Positions 1-10,710 are shown, numbered from the stretch's first letter. The stretch is 64,000 nt of DNA from Patescibacteria group bacterium (GCA_043802665.1 JAZDKW010000020.1:7036-71035); one strand, 5' to 3'. Notes: a model not told the origin generated them from the sequence alone. Translations and numbers: made by a program.

Positions 1-554
1 ACAATCAGAGCATCGTTGCCTGGCCGCCGCATAATCAGCCGGGTTAACACAATATTTAGGGCATAACTTAGTTCTGATAGTACAATCATTAGAATTCCGA
101 AACTGCTTCCCATTAATTTATTATCAAATAAAAAGATGTAAGCACCGACAAAAGCAACCAGTCCGCCGATAACCTGCCAGCTCCTTGGCTTCTCCCGCAA
201 AATTGTCCAGCTTAAAAACATCACTAAGGCGGATCCCAAGCCGGCAAACAAACCCGCTGTAGTTCCGGCTACATATTTTAACCCGATCACTGCAAATAGC
301 GGTGCCACCACAAACCCCATTATCCCTAAAAGAACTAAAACAGATATCTCCATTTTTTTAAATGGCTGGCTTAACTTAATGGGATGAAATAGGCTATAAA
401 TAACCAGACTGACTAAGGCGACTGCTTGAGTACATCCAGCTAACAACAAGGGAGTAGCAAATCCTAAACCCAATTTAAGAATAATCTTAGAGGCTGACCA
501 AAGAAAGGTCGCCGCAAGAGCCTGAGCCAACAAGATTAGCCGAGTGTCTTTCAT
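1..554 (-). CDS. EamA/DMT family transporter, 3' end runs off the window
   Basis: Manual translation MKDTRLILVAQALAATFLWSASKIILKLGL...LREKP; hydrophobic helices and EamA-like motifs; ATG overlaps the recR stop (ATGA). Confidence 0.8.
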   Translation of the reverse strand, partial: MKDTRLILLAQALAATFLWSASKIILKLGLGFATPLLLAGCTQAVALVSLVIYSLFHPIKLSQPFKKMEISVLVLLGIMGFVVAPLFAVIGLKYVAGTTAGLFAGLGSALVMFLSWTILREKPRSWQVIGGLVAFVGAYIFLFDNKLMGSSFGILMIVLSELSYALNIVLTRLIMRRPGNDALI

Positions 555-1150
555 ACTTCCCTCCGTCCTTCAAATGCCCGAAGCAAGGTTACTTCATCGG
601 CATATTCTAAATCGCTTCCCATTGGAAGACCGCTGGCAATTCGGCTGATTTTCACCCCGACGGTTTCTAACAGCTTCGTTACATACATTGCTGTCGTCTC
701 GCCCTCTATATTATGATTAGTAGCAATGATTACTTCGGTGACACCTCCGGTTTTGATGCGTTGAACCAAAGAAGATAGATTCAAATCCGTAGCAGTAACC
801 CCTTCTAAGGGAGATAGCCGACCACCCAAGACATGGTAATGCCCTTGGAAACCACCGGCTTTCTCGATAGCTAAAACATCCAACGGCTCTTCCACCACGC
901 ACAGCAGTTGGCTATCCCGAGCATTATCAGTGCAGATAGCGCAGGGGTCATGGTCGGCAATATTGTGGCATTGGGAACAATAGACTAAGTCTAATTTTAG
1001 ATTCAACAAGGCCTCACCTAAAGATTTCACATCGATGCTGGGATTTTTTACTAAATAAAAAGCCAGTCGGGAAGCGGTTTTCGGTCCGATCCCTGGCAAT
1101 TTGCTTAATTCTTCTATTAATTTAGAAACTGATTTAGGCAGGGAATACAT
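551..1150 (-). CDS. recR: Recombination mediator RecR
   Basis: LPGIGPKTA HhH, C4 zinc finger, Toprim region, SDLEYADEVTL. Confidence 0.97.
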   Translation of the reverse strand: MYSLPKSVSKLIEELSKLPGIGPKTASRLAFYLVKNPSIDVKSLGEALLNLKLDLVYCSQCHNIADHDPCAICTDNARDSQLLCVVEEPLDVLAIEKAGGFQGHYHVLGGRLSPLEGVTATDLNLSSLVQRIKTGGVTEVIIATNHNIEGETTAMYVTKLLETVGVKISRIASGLPMGSDLEYADEVTLLRAFEGRREV

Positions 1151-1237
1151 ATCAACAAATTAATGTAGTCCTTCTCCGCCGGCTGGCGGATACACTCAGG
1201 GATTATTGTCTGAGCAAGGTCGAAGACATACCTATGT

Positions 1238-1546
1238 TTATAAGCCGGGAATGCCCAAACCCCCCATAATCTCCTTGGTTTTATTAGAAGCCGCTTGCTG
1301 GGCTCTTTTAAGCGCAGCGTTGGTTGCTTGGGTCACAAATTTAATAAGACTGCTCTTCTCGTCTAAGCTAACCAAACTATCATCTATCTCCATGGCGGTG
1401 ATCTTTTGCTCTCCCGTTACAGTGACCTTTACTTTCCCTCCTAACTCCGTACCCGTAAACTCCATTTCCCGTAATTGATTCTGGAGTTTTTTAGCCTTGC
1501 TTTGCAAATCCCAAAGTTTTTTAGCTTTATCAAACATTTTAACCAC
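1238..1546 (-). CDS. ybaB: YbaB/EbfC nucleoid-associated protein
   Basis: GGKVKVTVTGEQKI motif, about 100 aa, directly upstream of recR. Confidence 0.9.
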   Translation of the reverse strand: MVKMFDKAKKLWDLQSKAKKLQNQLREMEFTGTELGGKVKVTVTGEQKITAMEIDDSLVSLDEKSSLIKFVTQATNAALKRAQQAASNKTKEIMGGLGIPGL

Positions 1547-1620
1547 TGATTACACTGATAGAATACTGATTAGCAACTGATTTCACTGATTGACCACTAA
1601 CCACTGATTGCACTGATTTA
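1543..1620. repeat. Degenerate tandem CACTGAT repeats
   Basis: About 7 copies of (C)ACTGAT; the reverse-complement motif ATCAGTG recurs at 31180-31217. Confidence 0.7.
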
Positions 1621-1635
1621 ATTAATTTTGGCATC

Positions 1636-2391
1636 TTAACTACTGCTAATAATTACATCTTTTAAAATAATATCTGTTTTGGGCCGATCATTAGTGCTAT
1701 CAGTTTCAGTCTTGCCAATTTTATCAACAATATCCATGCCATAGACCACCTGACCAAAAGGAGTGTGCTGACCATCCAGCCAAGGGGTAGCATCTTTGGT
1801 AATAATGAAGAACTGGCTCCCATTGCTACCCTTGCCTTGCTCGTCTACCCCAGAATTAGCCATAGCTACAACCCCCCGCACCAACTTTGGGCTATCGGCA
1901 CTGATCTCGTCGTCAAAAGTATAGCCGGGACCGCCGGTGCCATCATTAGTAGGATCGTCATCCTTGGATAGCGGGTCCCCTGTCTGAATCATAAAATCAT
2001 CAATAACCCGATGGAATTTTACTCCATCATAAAAATCTTGCTTCGCCAACAACACAAAGTTAGCTACTGTTTTAGGAACAATTTCGTTCAAAAGCTCTAC
2101 TTTAATATCACCTTCGCTGGTAACTAAAGTAGCGAACTTGCTTTCCTGCAATTCTTTTTTAGCAATGCTACCAAATTCGCCAGATATTTTTCCCATATTC
2201 TCCGCCAAAATAATCCCTCGCGGCACTAACCAAACTAATAAAATTATTAAGATGGTGCTACTGACAGGCCAAAGCAGTTTCTTCCAGGGAAAAGCTACCC
2301 GATAAAGGTTGCGCTGAGCCCGTAACTCACGCAGAGCCTGCCTTTTTTCCTCGAGCCTTTGTTGTTTGCGTAGTCTTTGCCGTGTGGCCAT
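1636..2391 (-). CDS. Membrane-anchored cyclophilin-type peptidyl-prolyl isomerase
   Basis: FHRVIDDFMIQTGDP, AMAN, GSQFFI, WLDGQHTPFG; N-terminal TM helix. Confidence 0.95.
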   Translation of the reverse strand: MATRQRLRKQQRLEEKRQALRELRAQRNLYRVAFPWKKLLWPVSSTILIILLVWLVPRGIILAENMGKISGEFGSIAKKELQESKFATLVTSEGDIKVELLNEIVPKTVANFVLLAKQDFYDGVKFHRVIDDFMIQTGDPLSKDDDPTNDGTGGPGYTFDDEISADSPKLVRGVVAMANSGVDEQGKGSNGSQFFIITKDATPWLDGQHTPFGQVVYGMDIVDKIGKTETDSTNDRPKTDIILKDVIISSS

Positions 2392-2491
2392 AGCATCTAA
2401 GTTACCTGTTTATTTTACCATTCTTACCAACAAATCAATAAATTAAACCGGCCCCACCAATGCATTGGTCCTAAGTTATTTTTTGCTACTT

Positions 2492-2677
2492 TTAGAACCA
2501 GTTAATTTGGTTAGCCGCAATGTTGGTCCCCCAAAAGATGATGTAAGGACCAACTATCTGGATAATGACTATGGAAACTATGATCACGGCTAATTGTCGC
2601 CAGAATGAATTAGTAAAATCCCTCTGGCGGGTCGCCTCTTCACGGAAATTCTGGATGAACTTTTGACTAACTATCAT
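2492..2677 (-). CDS. Small membrane protein (61 aa)
   Basis: ATG at 2677 lies 1 nt after the upstream stop; one hydrophobic helix. Confidence 0.55.
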   Translation of the reverse strand: MIVSQKFIQNFREEATRQRDFTNSFWRQLAVIIVSIVIIQIVGPYIIFWGTNIAANQINWF

Positions 2678-2678
2678 A

Positions 2679-3923
2679 TTAGCTTGCTGGGTTAAACATT
2701 GATCCAAAGAATTGGGCCCAGAAACCGACTTTTGGCGGAGGTGCCGACATAGCGGCAGGAGCACTATCCACCACCATACTAATTATACCCACATTGGTTA
2801 GTTGGCGCAAAGAAGCATCTATTATTGAGCGGGCGGCGGGTAACTCTGGTAGAACAGGGAAAGCCGTGTCTGCGGATAGTTCTCTAAGCGACATTAATTC
2901 ATTGGGGGTAATCAGTTGTGTCTTTTCGGAGACAATATAAGCATCGATAAATTGTTGCTGGGCAATAGCCTGTTGGCGCACCGTCCGCGAATCTACTGGC
3001 GGTGTCTGACTAACCGCATTATCATTGGTATGTACAACGAACAATATTATGTCTTTGTTCAGAGTATAGGAACCACTATCCTTTCCCTGGGCAGAGAGGT
3101 TGATCACCCGACGGGCAATGGGAGCATCAGCAGAAGTAGAAATCTCCAATTTGGCCGTAAAGGTTGGGAATCCCGAAGCCGGACTGAACATTGCTGTCAT
3201 ACCTTGTGGCAAACCAGTCAAAGATAAGACTACCTCGCTACTATAACCATTATTTGATAGCACAGAAATCTGATAAACCGCCGTTCCTCCCGCGGTAACT
3301 AAATGTTCGGCTGGTTGAATAACTAAATCAAATGCTTGCTCTGGAGGTGGAGTACTGCTGGGAATCAAAGATAGACTATTGATCGCCCAAAGGTTAGCTC
3401 CATAACGTTTGAAATTGAATTCTATATTGCCTCCTGCAGTAGCAGTTTTAAAAGTCAGGGTTTTCCAAATCCCCGGATCAGAATTGATAACATAGTTAGT
3501 ACCGTTAACAACTACTTTAGTAGTAATGGAATTATTTAACGTTCCACTTACTAAAGTCACTGTATAGTATTGTGCAGTAAGCCCACTAATGATGAAAGTA
3601 TTGTCGCCGACGCCTTGATTAGAATCAGTTTCAAATAAATTTGCTACCTGGGTACCGCTACTTTGTTCGGTAACATAGGGAGTCTGCCAACCATATTGTA
3701 ATTGACCAGAAACTTGGGGATAGACGCTGGATCCACCATTAACGGGAATACTCCCGGGTGCAATCTCCGTGCTGAGGCCAGAACCAAAATCAAAGGTTAC
3801 CGTAGGGTCACCTGCGGCAAAACCCAGACCTACCAGCACCACCAACAATAAAGCCAAAGCCAGCACTGTACGCAGTTCTATTTTAAATAATTCGAGCAAA
3901 GCTACGGCTGATTTTTTCTCCAT
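2679..3923 (-). CDS. Secreted/surface protein with beta-sandwich (Ig-like or carbohydrate-binding-like) domains
   Basis: N-terminal signal/TM, S/T/G-rich, VVLSLTGLPQGMTAMFSP Ig-like pattern; AGGAG RBS. Confidence 0.7.
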   Translation of the reverse strand: MEKKSAVALLELFKIELRTVLALALLLVVLVGLGFAAGDPTVTFDFGSGLSTEIAPGSIPVNGGSSVYPQVSGQLQYGWQTPYVTEQSSGTQVANLFETDSNQGVGDNTFIISGLTAQYYTVTLVSGTLNNSITTKVVVNGTNYVINSDPGIWKTLTFKTATAGGNIEFNFKRYGANLWAINSLSLIPSSTPPPEQAFDLVIQPAEHLVTAGGTAVYQISVLSNNGYSSEVVLSLTGLPQGMTAMFSPASGFPTFTAKLEISTSADAPIARRVINLSAQGKDSGSYTLNKDIILFVVHTNDNAVSQTPPVDSRTVRQQAIAQQQFIDAYIVSEKTQLITPNELMSLRELSADTAFPVLPELPAARSIIDASLRQLTNVGIISMVVDSAPAAMSAPPPKVGFWAQFFGSMFNPAS

Positions 3924-3982
3924 TGTCTACTCCTCTCTTTTTATTATAACAAGCTTACGTGTTAAGAGAGAGCAGAGCACCC

Positions 3983-5365
3983 TTAAACACTGGTTTCTTC
4001 AATGGCCACCAGGGACTCGGCGGTTAATTCTCGTTCGGTTTCCAGGGTGCGGAATGTCATTGTTTCAGGTTTAAAGTAAAGTTCCACCTGACCGGTAGGA
4101 CCATTACGATGTTTGGCAATAATAATATCGGCAATATTAGGATGTTCGCTATCTTTATTATAATAATCGTCCCGATAAATAAGCATTACTACATCCGCAT
4201 CCTGTTCAATGGCGCCACTTTCGCGCAAGTCTGATAACTGCGGGATCTTTCGGGGACGCTTTTCCACCTCCCGTGATAATTGCGACACGGCGATGACCGG
4301 GATATTAAGTTCCCGAGCTAAACCTTTAAGCCCTCTTGAGATTTCAGATATTTCCTGAACTCGATTATCCGAATTCCTCCGTGACTCCATCAACTGCAAA
4401 TAATCCACAATCAACAAGTCTAATTTTTTCTCCGCCTGCAAACGGCGAGCTTTAGTACGCATCTCCATTACATTTGATCCCGGGGAATCATCAATATAAA
4501 TAGGGAACTCAGCTAATTTGCTCATCGCTTCACTTAAGCGAGCAAAATCCTCTTCTCGCAAATTACCTGTTCGCAACCGCCAGGAATCGATTCCGGATTC
4601 CGCACTAATCAACCGATCAACCACTTGATCTTTAGACATCTCTAAATGAAACATCCCAACCGCATAACCTTCGGTGGCGGCATTGAGAGCAAAACTCAAA
4701 GCCAAACTAGTCTTGCCAATACTGGGACGGGCAGCCACCACAATTAAATCGGATTTCTGAAAACCTGATAGTATGTTGTCTAATAGTTTAAATCCAGTAG
4801 GGACGCCGCGAGTCTGGCCGCGATGCTCGTGCAGTTTATCAATTCTTTCAAAGGCTTCATCCAACACATCTCGTACCGAAACAAATCCGCCATGCAGATA
4901 CTTTCTGGCCACAGCAAACAATCGCTTTTCGGCTTCATCCAAAAGGATATCCAACTCCTGGTTTTCTTGCCGGCCAAAAGCAGCAATATCAGCCCCAGCC
5001 GCAATCAAATTACGCAAAGTAGCTTTAGCAGAAACAATTTCAGCATATCTCGCCACACTCGCACTACTTGGCAAACTACCAGCCAGACTGGTTAAATAGC
5101 TCGCTCCGCCAACACTATCTAATTTCTTGCGATCACGCAGAACATCTGTCACTGTTACCACATCAATCGGCCTCATCTTTTCGTACAAAGCCAACATCGC
5201 CGAAAAAATAATGCCATGCCGATCCTCGTAAAAATCTTCTGGCTTAACAATATCAGCCACACGGATAACGGCATCTTTATCCAACAACAATGACCCCAGC
5301 AATGATTTTTCTGCGTCTACATTTTGGGGAGGCATTACATTTTCAGCTGATTGCGAAGCGCTCAT
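3983..5365 (-). CDS. dnaB: Replicative DNA helicase
   Basis: AARPSIGKT Walker A, IVDYLQLM, SDLRESGAIEQDAD, KHRNGP. Confidence 0.98.
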   Translation of the reverse strand: MSASQSAENVMPPQNVDAEKSLLGSLLLDKDAVIRVADIVKPEDFYEDRHGIIFSAMLALYEKMRPIDVVTVTDVLRDRKKLDSVGGASYLTSLAGSLPSSASVARYAEIVSAKATLRNLIAAGADIAAFGRQENQELDILLDEAEKRLFAVARKYLHGGFVSVRDVLDEAFERIDKLHEHRGQTRGVPTGFKLLDNILSGFQKSDLIVVAARPSIGKTSLALSFALNAATEGYAVGMFHLEMSKDQVVDRLISAESGIDSWRLRTGNLREEDFARLSEAMSKLAEFPIYIDDSPGSNVMEMRTKARRLQAEKKLDLLIVDYLQLMESRRNSDNRVQEISEISRGLKGLARELNIPVIAVSQLSREVEKRPRKIPQLSDLRESGAIEQDADVVMLIYRDDYYNKDSEHPNIADIIIAKHRNGPTGQVELYFKPETMTFRTLETERELTAESLVAIEETSV

Positions 5366-5382
5366 AGATGATAATTTAGACC

Positions 5383-6876
5383 TTACATTATATCAAAGAC
5401 TTGTGCCACTTCTGTAACAGTATTAGCGACGGGCTCGACCACATACTCAACAATAATATCTCCTATTCCTGCTTGCACTAACTGTCGGGCGAAAAGCTCC
5501 CGATTAGCTGCCTTATCTAACGTATCCTGAAGAAATTTACTGGGGACTTTAATGCACATCTTCCCCGAATTAAAGGTGAATTGACAGGTTTTCAAAATCG
5601 CTCCCAGCGAAGGGCTCACCGAGCTAATCCCCTGGCAAATCTGCGCGCTTATTTCGGCAAAATTATCTTCTGTTAAAGCAACTTCCTTGACTAAAGTTGG
5701 GGAAGCCGCAGACGAAACGGTCGGAGCCAAACCAGATATTGTTCTTTTCTCCGCCGTTGTCTCCGAACTGGCTGGGACTGTTGGTTTGCTATCTACTCCC
5801 CCGCAACTTTTGGCTACAACCAACTCCAGGGCCAATTGAGGCAAACTGACTACCCGATACTGATTCATCGCCTCCACTAAGCGCTGTAATAAATTGATTA
5901 ATTCACTAATTGTTAGAACCGCCGACTGACGAGCCATCTCTTTTTTCTCGTCAACAGACTTTTGGACCAATTGGCCATTCCCCAATTTAATCATCAGCAA
6001 CTCCCGCAAATAATTTAGCCATAATTTCCCAACTTGGTTGATATCGTAGCCCTTAAAATATACCTCATTGATCAAGTTAATACCCGCGGGAGCATCCTGA
6101 TCTAAAACAGCCTGGGTAAGAGTGCGCGCTACCTGTGTATCCACTACCCCCAATAGGTCTTTCAGGACTTGCTGATCCACTTTCCCGGATGTAAAACTCG
6201 CCGCTTGGTCCATCAGGCTGATGGCATCCCGCATACTACCCTCGGAGTTATCTGCGATCGTCACTAAGGCCGCTTCATCAATTTTGATTTTTTCCTGCTG
6301 GGCAATTTTTTTAAGCTGTTCGGTCAGCTCGGCATGCGAAAGATAATGAAAATCAAAATACTGGCATCGAGAGACTACCGTGGAGGGTAATTTATGTACT
6401 TCGGTAGTAGCCAGAATAAATATGGCATGGGCAGGCGGCTCCTCCAAGGTCTTCAGGAGCGCATTGAAAGCACTGCGCGAGAGCATATGCACCTCGTCTA
6501 TGATATAGACCTTATAGCGGGCTATAGAGGGAGCATAATTAACCTTTTCAATAAGGTTGCGAACATCGTCCACACTGGTATGGGAGGCGGCATCAATCTC
6601 GATTAGATCAATCATTCTCCCTGAGGACAGAGCTGAACAATTAGCACACTTTCCACAAGGTTCGCCCTCTTTGTTATCTGAACAATTCACTGCTTTGGCA
6701 AGTAACCGAGCCAACGAAGTCTTTCCCGTACCCCGAGGGCCAGCAAATAAATAGGCATGGCTGACCTTGCCAGTCTTGATGGCATTAAGAATCGTTTGTT
6801 TGATGTGGTTTTGCCCTATTAAATCCGCAAAAGTCTGCGGCCGCCACCGACGGTATAAGGCCTGATTATCTGCCAT
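5383..6876 (-). CDS. dnaX: DNA polymerase III subunit gamma/tau
   Basis: ALYRRWRPQTF, GPRGTGKT, IIDEVHML, LKTLEEPP; start placed at MADNQ behind AGGAGG. Confidence 0.97.
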   Translation of the reverse strand: MADNQALYRRWRPQTFADLIGQNHIKQTILNAIKTGKVSHAYLFAGPRGTGKTSLARLLAKAVNCSDNKEGEPCGKCANCSALSSGRMIDLIEIDAASHTSVDDVRNLIEKVNYAPSIARYKVYIIDEVHMLSRSAFNALLKTLEEPPAHAIFILATTEVHKLPSTVVSRCQYFDFHYLSHAELTEQLKKIAQQEKIKIDEAALVTIADNSEGSMRDAISLMDQAASFTSGKVDQQVLKDLLGVVDTQVARTLTQAVLDQDAPAGINLINEVYFKGYDINQVGKLWLNYLRELLMIKLGNGQLVQKSVDEKKEMARQSAVLTISELINLLQRLVEAMNQYRVVSLPQLALELVVAKSCGGVDSKPTVPASSETTAEKRTISGLAPTVSSAASPTLVKEVALTEDNFAEISAQICQGISSVSPSLGAILKTCQFTFNSGKMCIKVPSKFLQDTLDKAANRELFARQLVQAGIGDIIVEYVVEPVANTVTEVAQVFDIM

Positions 6877-7021
6877 TTTTCCTCCTAAGTTGCACTTTTT
6901 ATCATAGCACAACCCATTGGCATGTAGAGATTAGAGTTTTAGCGGTTAGCGAATAGTGAAGAACCTCTTATGCTCTTAAACTTTAACCTACCCCGCTAGT
7001 CGCTATTCTCTAGTCTCTAAT

Positions 7022-7903
7022 TTATTTATAATACACCCGGTCTAAAATGCGCAGATCAACATACTGGCGAGGATGAGCCCCATCGCGGAGGATTTTAGCC
7101 AGATTATTTAATTGGGTATCCGGACTTTTAGTAGCATCAAAGATAATCTTCCAGCCTTCATTGGTTATAACTTCAACTTCAAAGGTGGTTTCTGGTACTA
7201 CTATCTGTCGCACATTCAAATTGGTTTTGCGAGGAAGATTCGCCGCCACAAAGTTCACAAACTCAATAAAATCGGTGGTTAGAATCTGTTGCTTCAAGCT
7301 CACCGGCACATTCTTTAGATCCTCCACTACGAGTAGCGGGCTATCAGGAGGAGCAATATCATAAACCACACCCGCCCGATTCACCAAAAACTGTTCGTTG
7401 TTGGTACGCCAGATTAAGGACGTTTCATGTTCTTCTATAATAATTTGCAACTGGTGTTGCCAAATATTTTTGTGAAAATCTATTGTCTTGATTTGGGAGA
7501 TAGTCATTGCTTGCCGCATTGCCTTGACCTCATTGAACAACAAAGCATTCACTCCTTTAAACTCTTGCTTAAAAATTGTATCTACAAGGGTCTGGTTGTC
7601 CACTAAACGATTGCCTTGAATATCTAACTGATCTAAGACAAAGAAGTGCGATCCAAACACCCAATAAAAAAGCACGATTAAACCTGCCCCCACCAATGTT
7701 CGGAGCAGTGGTGCGGCTACTGTGCTTAAAGATTTATGCTTAAATTTAGGCGTCCAGGCTAATTTTTTTAGCCGATGTTTGCGGGGTTGGACAAGAGAAG
7801 GTTTAGTCGTATAAAAGCTTACGCAGGGACGAATAGTAGACGCCAGTGCCGGCGGCAATTTTTTTTTGAACACTTTTTCGAAAGCAAATCCCCTCTTTAC
7901 CAT
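7022..7903 (-). CDS. ftsQ: Cell division protein FtsQ/DivIB-like
   Basis: Single TM, POTRA-like region, C-terminal YVDLRILDRVYYK; follows murC. Confidence 0.8.
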   Translation of the reverse strand: MVKRGFAFEKVFKKKLPPALASTIRPCVSFYTTKPSLVQPRKHRLKKLAWTPKFKHKSLSTVAAPLLRTLVGAGLIVLFYWVFGSHFFVLDQLDIQGNRLVDNQTLVDTIFKQEFKGVNALLFNEVKAMRQAMTISQIKTIDFHKNIWQHQLQIIIEEHETSLIWRTNNEQFLVNRAGVVYDIAPPDSPLLVVEDLKNVPVSLKQQILTTDFIEFVNFVAANLPRKTNLNVRQIVVPETTFEVEVITNEGWKIIFDATKSPDTQLNNLAKILRDGAHPRQYVDLRILDRVYYK

Positions 7904-7905
7904 AG

Positions 7906-9306
7906 CTAATCGGTTTGGGAATATGCCGAAACAAACTCCTTAATCCAATCACTGTTTTTCCCCGCTCCGAGCGATATAACCACTTCACCTGGTTGCAAGG
8001 CGGCAGACAGATAGTCGCTAATCTCCTGGAAGTCTGAATAAGCCCGAGCATTATGGCTTATTTTATCGATCGCTTCCGCTAAGCGATTGTTGTCAATTGC
8101 TTGGATGTCTTCCTCACTATCTCGCACCGCCAAGATCGGAGCAATTAAGACTTCGTCCGCATCACCAAAACTCTGGGCAAACTCGTTTAACAGAAGTCGC
8201 GTCCGACTATATTGATGAGCCTGAAACACCACTCGAATTTTTCGGCCGCCAAAATAATCCCGGGCAGCCGCAAGGGTCGCCTGGATCTCCGTAGGGTGAT
8301 GTCCATAATCATCCACAAAAGCGACGCCACCAATATTACCTACGATTTCAAACCGGCGATCCGCTCCCTGAAATTTATTCTCCAACACCATTTTAATAAC
8401 AGCATCACTTACTTTTAAGTGTTTAGCTACAGCGATAGCAGCTAAAGCATCCATTACCAGATGTTTACCAGGAAATTTCAACCAAGTCTGGATGCCATCA
8501 ACAGCAAACTTCATCTTGCCATCCTGATAGATGATATCTCTGGCCACTAAATTATTGCCAATCTCCGATGAGGTGGAAAAACCAAATTTAATTACTTTGG
8601 ATTTGGCTTGTGGCAAAATTTCCAAAATATTGGGGTCATCGCCGCAGGCAACGACCAGGCCATCTGTCGGCACTAATTGTAAAAACTGTGCAAATGCTTG
8701 TTTAATTTCATTAATATCTTGATAATAATCCAAGTGATCAGCATCAATGTTAGTAAGGACTGCGATTTTGGGTCGCATATCCAAAAATGCTCGATCATAT
8801 TCACAAGCCTCTATCACCCAATACTCACTCCGACCTAAAATGCCACAGCCTTCCAAGCTTTTTACCTCCGCTCCAATCAAAGCGGTAGGATCCATCCCAG
8901 CCTCCTGCAGAATCAAAGTGATTAACGTGGAGACAGTGGTCTTGCCGTGGGTACCGGACACAGCGATTCCGATTTTATTCTTCATCAACTCGCCAATAAA
9001 TTCGGAACGTTTCCAGGCTGTTCGCCCCATTTTTTTGGCCTGCTCAATCTCTAAATGGACAGTATCCGGCCTCGCCGCGGCAGAAGTATAGATTAGTTCA
9101 TTGATATCCGTTGGAACGTTCTCGGCAATCTGTTCCCCAATTATTACTTTGGCCCCCTTACTCTCCAGACGCTTCCGACCCGGGAAATCCTGAATGTCAC
9201 TGCCCGTAATCCGATTCCCCATACCCAAAAGCACATCGGCAAGTGCCTGCATCCCAATGCCACCGATCCCCACCATAAAATAGTGTTTAGGAGTTACTTT
9301 TTTCAC
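7906..9306 (-). CDS. murC: UDP-N-acetylmuramate--L-alanine ligase
   Basis: GIGGIGM, GTHGKTT, EACEY, DHLDYY, DDYGHHPTEI. Confidence 0.97.
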   Translation of the reverse strand: MKKVTPKHYFMVGIGGIGMQALADVLLGMGNRITGSDIQDFPGRKRLESKGAKVIIGEQIAENVPTDINELIYTSAAARPDTVHLEIEQAKKMGRTAWKRSEFIGELMKNKIGIAVSGTHGKTTVSTLITLILQEAGMDPTALIGAEVKSLEGCGILGRSEYWVIEACEYDRAFLDMRPKIAVLTNIDADHLDYYQDINEIKQAFAQFLQLVPTDGLVVACGDDPNILEILPQAKSKVIKFGFSTSSEIGNNLVARDIIYQDGKMKFAVDGIQTWLKFPGKHLVMDALAAIAVAKHLKVSDAVIKMVLENKFQGADRRFEIVGNIGGVAFVDDYGHHPTEIQATLAAARDYFGGRKIRVVFQAHQYSRTRLLLNEFAQSFGDADEVLIAPILAVRDSEEDIQAIDNNRLAEAIDKISHNARAYSDFQEISDYLSAALQPGEVVISLGAGKNSDWIKEFVSAYSQTD

Positions 9307-9339
9307 CCCTCTATTGTATCAAAATCTCCTTACTCCTCT

Positions 9340-9478
9340 GTTATCATCCCACCCTATTGTCATTCCCGCAGAGGCGAGGATCCAGGCCTGGATCCTGCCT
9401 GCCCGGCCAGGGAATCCGAACTTGGCCTTTGGCCAGTCGGTCCAGGATGACAAAGAAAAACCCCGCCAGAGATGACAG
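9340..9478. repeat. REP-like palindromic cluster
   Basis: GTCATTCCCGC...GGATCC...GGATGACA nested palindromes; same family at 30906-31148, 46476-46555, 46690-46715, 48660-48769 and 54259-54352. Confidence 0.7.
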
Positions 9479-9480
9479 TA

Positions 9481-10143
9481 TTATGATTTTTCAGCTATTT
9501 CACTGATGACAAATTGTTTGCCCTCATAATCGATCGCATCAGCAGTCAGAGTTCCCCGAATCTCTACCTTAATATCCTTATCAGTGACATCCACAATTTT
9601 GGCTTTAACCCCTGGATCGGCAATTTTATTTTGCATAACTGATTCAATGCCAAAAGTTTCGCCAGTATCGGCAACAAAATAATCATCAAATTGAGCCCCC
9701 TCGGGCGTAGATTTAATTACCCCTATATAAGTTAGTAAGCCATCATCGCCTGGATTGCCGTTGATCGTAACCAAGAACTCATTTGCCACATCGGTTTTAT
9801 CCCAGGGTCGTAGATATTTCATCACGATATGCGACCGTTCCACCTTCAAAACCTTGAAAGTCCAGACTTCTTCGCCTCCTGCACCGACCAGATTTTCCGT
9901 ATTGTATTTATCGGTAACTTGGTATGTATTATCTACCCGTTCCAGCACCCCCGCAGTAATATCCGTCACTTGCCATTGATAACCAGTAGATTGATTGGAC
10001 GGTAAAACAACTTTAAATTGCTGACCTATTGGGAAATCAAAGTTTTGCCGGTGATCCTTAAGAGTAATTTGGGGCAAAGTACTAACTAAAGCACACCCCC
10101 CTGCCAACAAGAGCGGAACTAAGCAAAAGATTAATCTTTTCAT
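9481..10143 (-). CDS. Lipoprotein with chagasin/I42 cysteine-protease-inhibitor domain
   Basis: Lipobox LAGGC; chagasin loops SNQSTGYQW, VGAGG, YLRPWD. Confidence 0.85.
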   Translation of the reverse strand: MKRLIFCLVPLLLAGGCALVSTLPQITLKDHRQNFDFPIGQQFKVVLPSNQSTGYQWQVTDITAGVLERVDNTYQVTDKYNTENLVGAGGEEVWTFKVLKVERSHIVMKYLRPWDKTDVANEFLVTINGNPGDDGLLTYIGVIKSTPEGAQFDDYFVADTGETFGIESVMQNKIADPGVKAKIVDVTDKDIKVEIRGTLTADAIDYEGKQFVISEIAEKS

Positions 10144-10160
10144 AAAACCATCCTTAAAAA

Positions 10161-10409
10161 TTAATTTCTATTCCTCAGTAACAAAATACTAAGTACCAAG
10201 GCAATAGTAAAGAACACTGCCCCCCAGAAACAAGGAGTGACAAAAAGATTAATCAGGGCAGGGCAACTAACCTCAAAGCACTGGGCACCTGTACACGGAT
10301 AACAAATCTGCTGGCTCCGCCAATTTATCACTTCCAAAACAAAGTTCCCCCAAGCAAATAAAGTGCCCAGAAGCAATACCCAAAACTGTGCCCAAATAAT
10401 TTTATTCAC
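10161..10409 (-). CDS. Small Cys-containing membrane protein
   Basis: Two TM helices, TPCFWGAVFF; GTG at 10409 directly follows CTAACGGG, as start codons do at three sister elements. Confidence 0.65.
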   Translation of the reverse strand: MNKIIWAQFWVLLLGTLFAWGNFVLEVINWRSQQICYPCTGAQCFEVSCPALINLFVTPCFWGAVFFTIALVLSILLLRNRN

Positions 10410-10531
10410 CCCGTTAGAGATAGAAAACTTCATCGTTTTCGTAAGTTAATAATAATTTCTAAATAAAGCTTGATTTAATAATTGATATATAAGTTGGTGA
10501 AAAATAGTTGCTATTGGTTATCTCTAACGGG
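10410..10531 (-). repeat. CCCGTTAGA...TCTAACGGG intergenic element, copy 1
   Basis: Terminal inverted repeat plus internal GAAAAC/GTTTTC hairpin. Confidence 0.85.
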
Positions 10532-10533
10532 GT

Positions 10534-10710
10534 TCATTTCCGCCAGTCTTTAATAATTAAATGACGCCCGGCGGCCCGGACAACCAGCTTTTGACGCTCC
10601 TGCCATCCCAGCTTACGCACCACTTCTGCAGGCAAAGTCAGCCCCAAGCTATATTTAGCAATGCGAGTGAGCTTTCTAATATCTTTTTTACCGCTTCTAT
10701 TTCTCGCCAT
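10534..10710 (-). CDS. AbrB/MazE/SpoVT-family DNA-binding protein (58 aa, below the ORF-track cutoff)
   Basis: MARNRSGKKDIRKLTRIAKYSLGLTLPAEVVRKLGWQERQKLVVRAAGRHLIIKDWRK; LTLPxxxxRxLG swapped-hairpin signature. Confidence 0.8.
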   Translation of the reverse strand: MARNRSGKKDIRKLTRIAKYSLGLTLPAEVVRKLGWQERQKLVVRAAGRHLIIKDWRK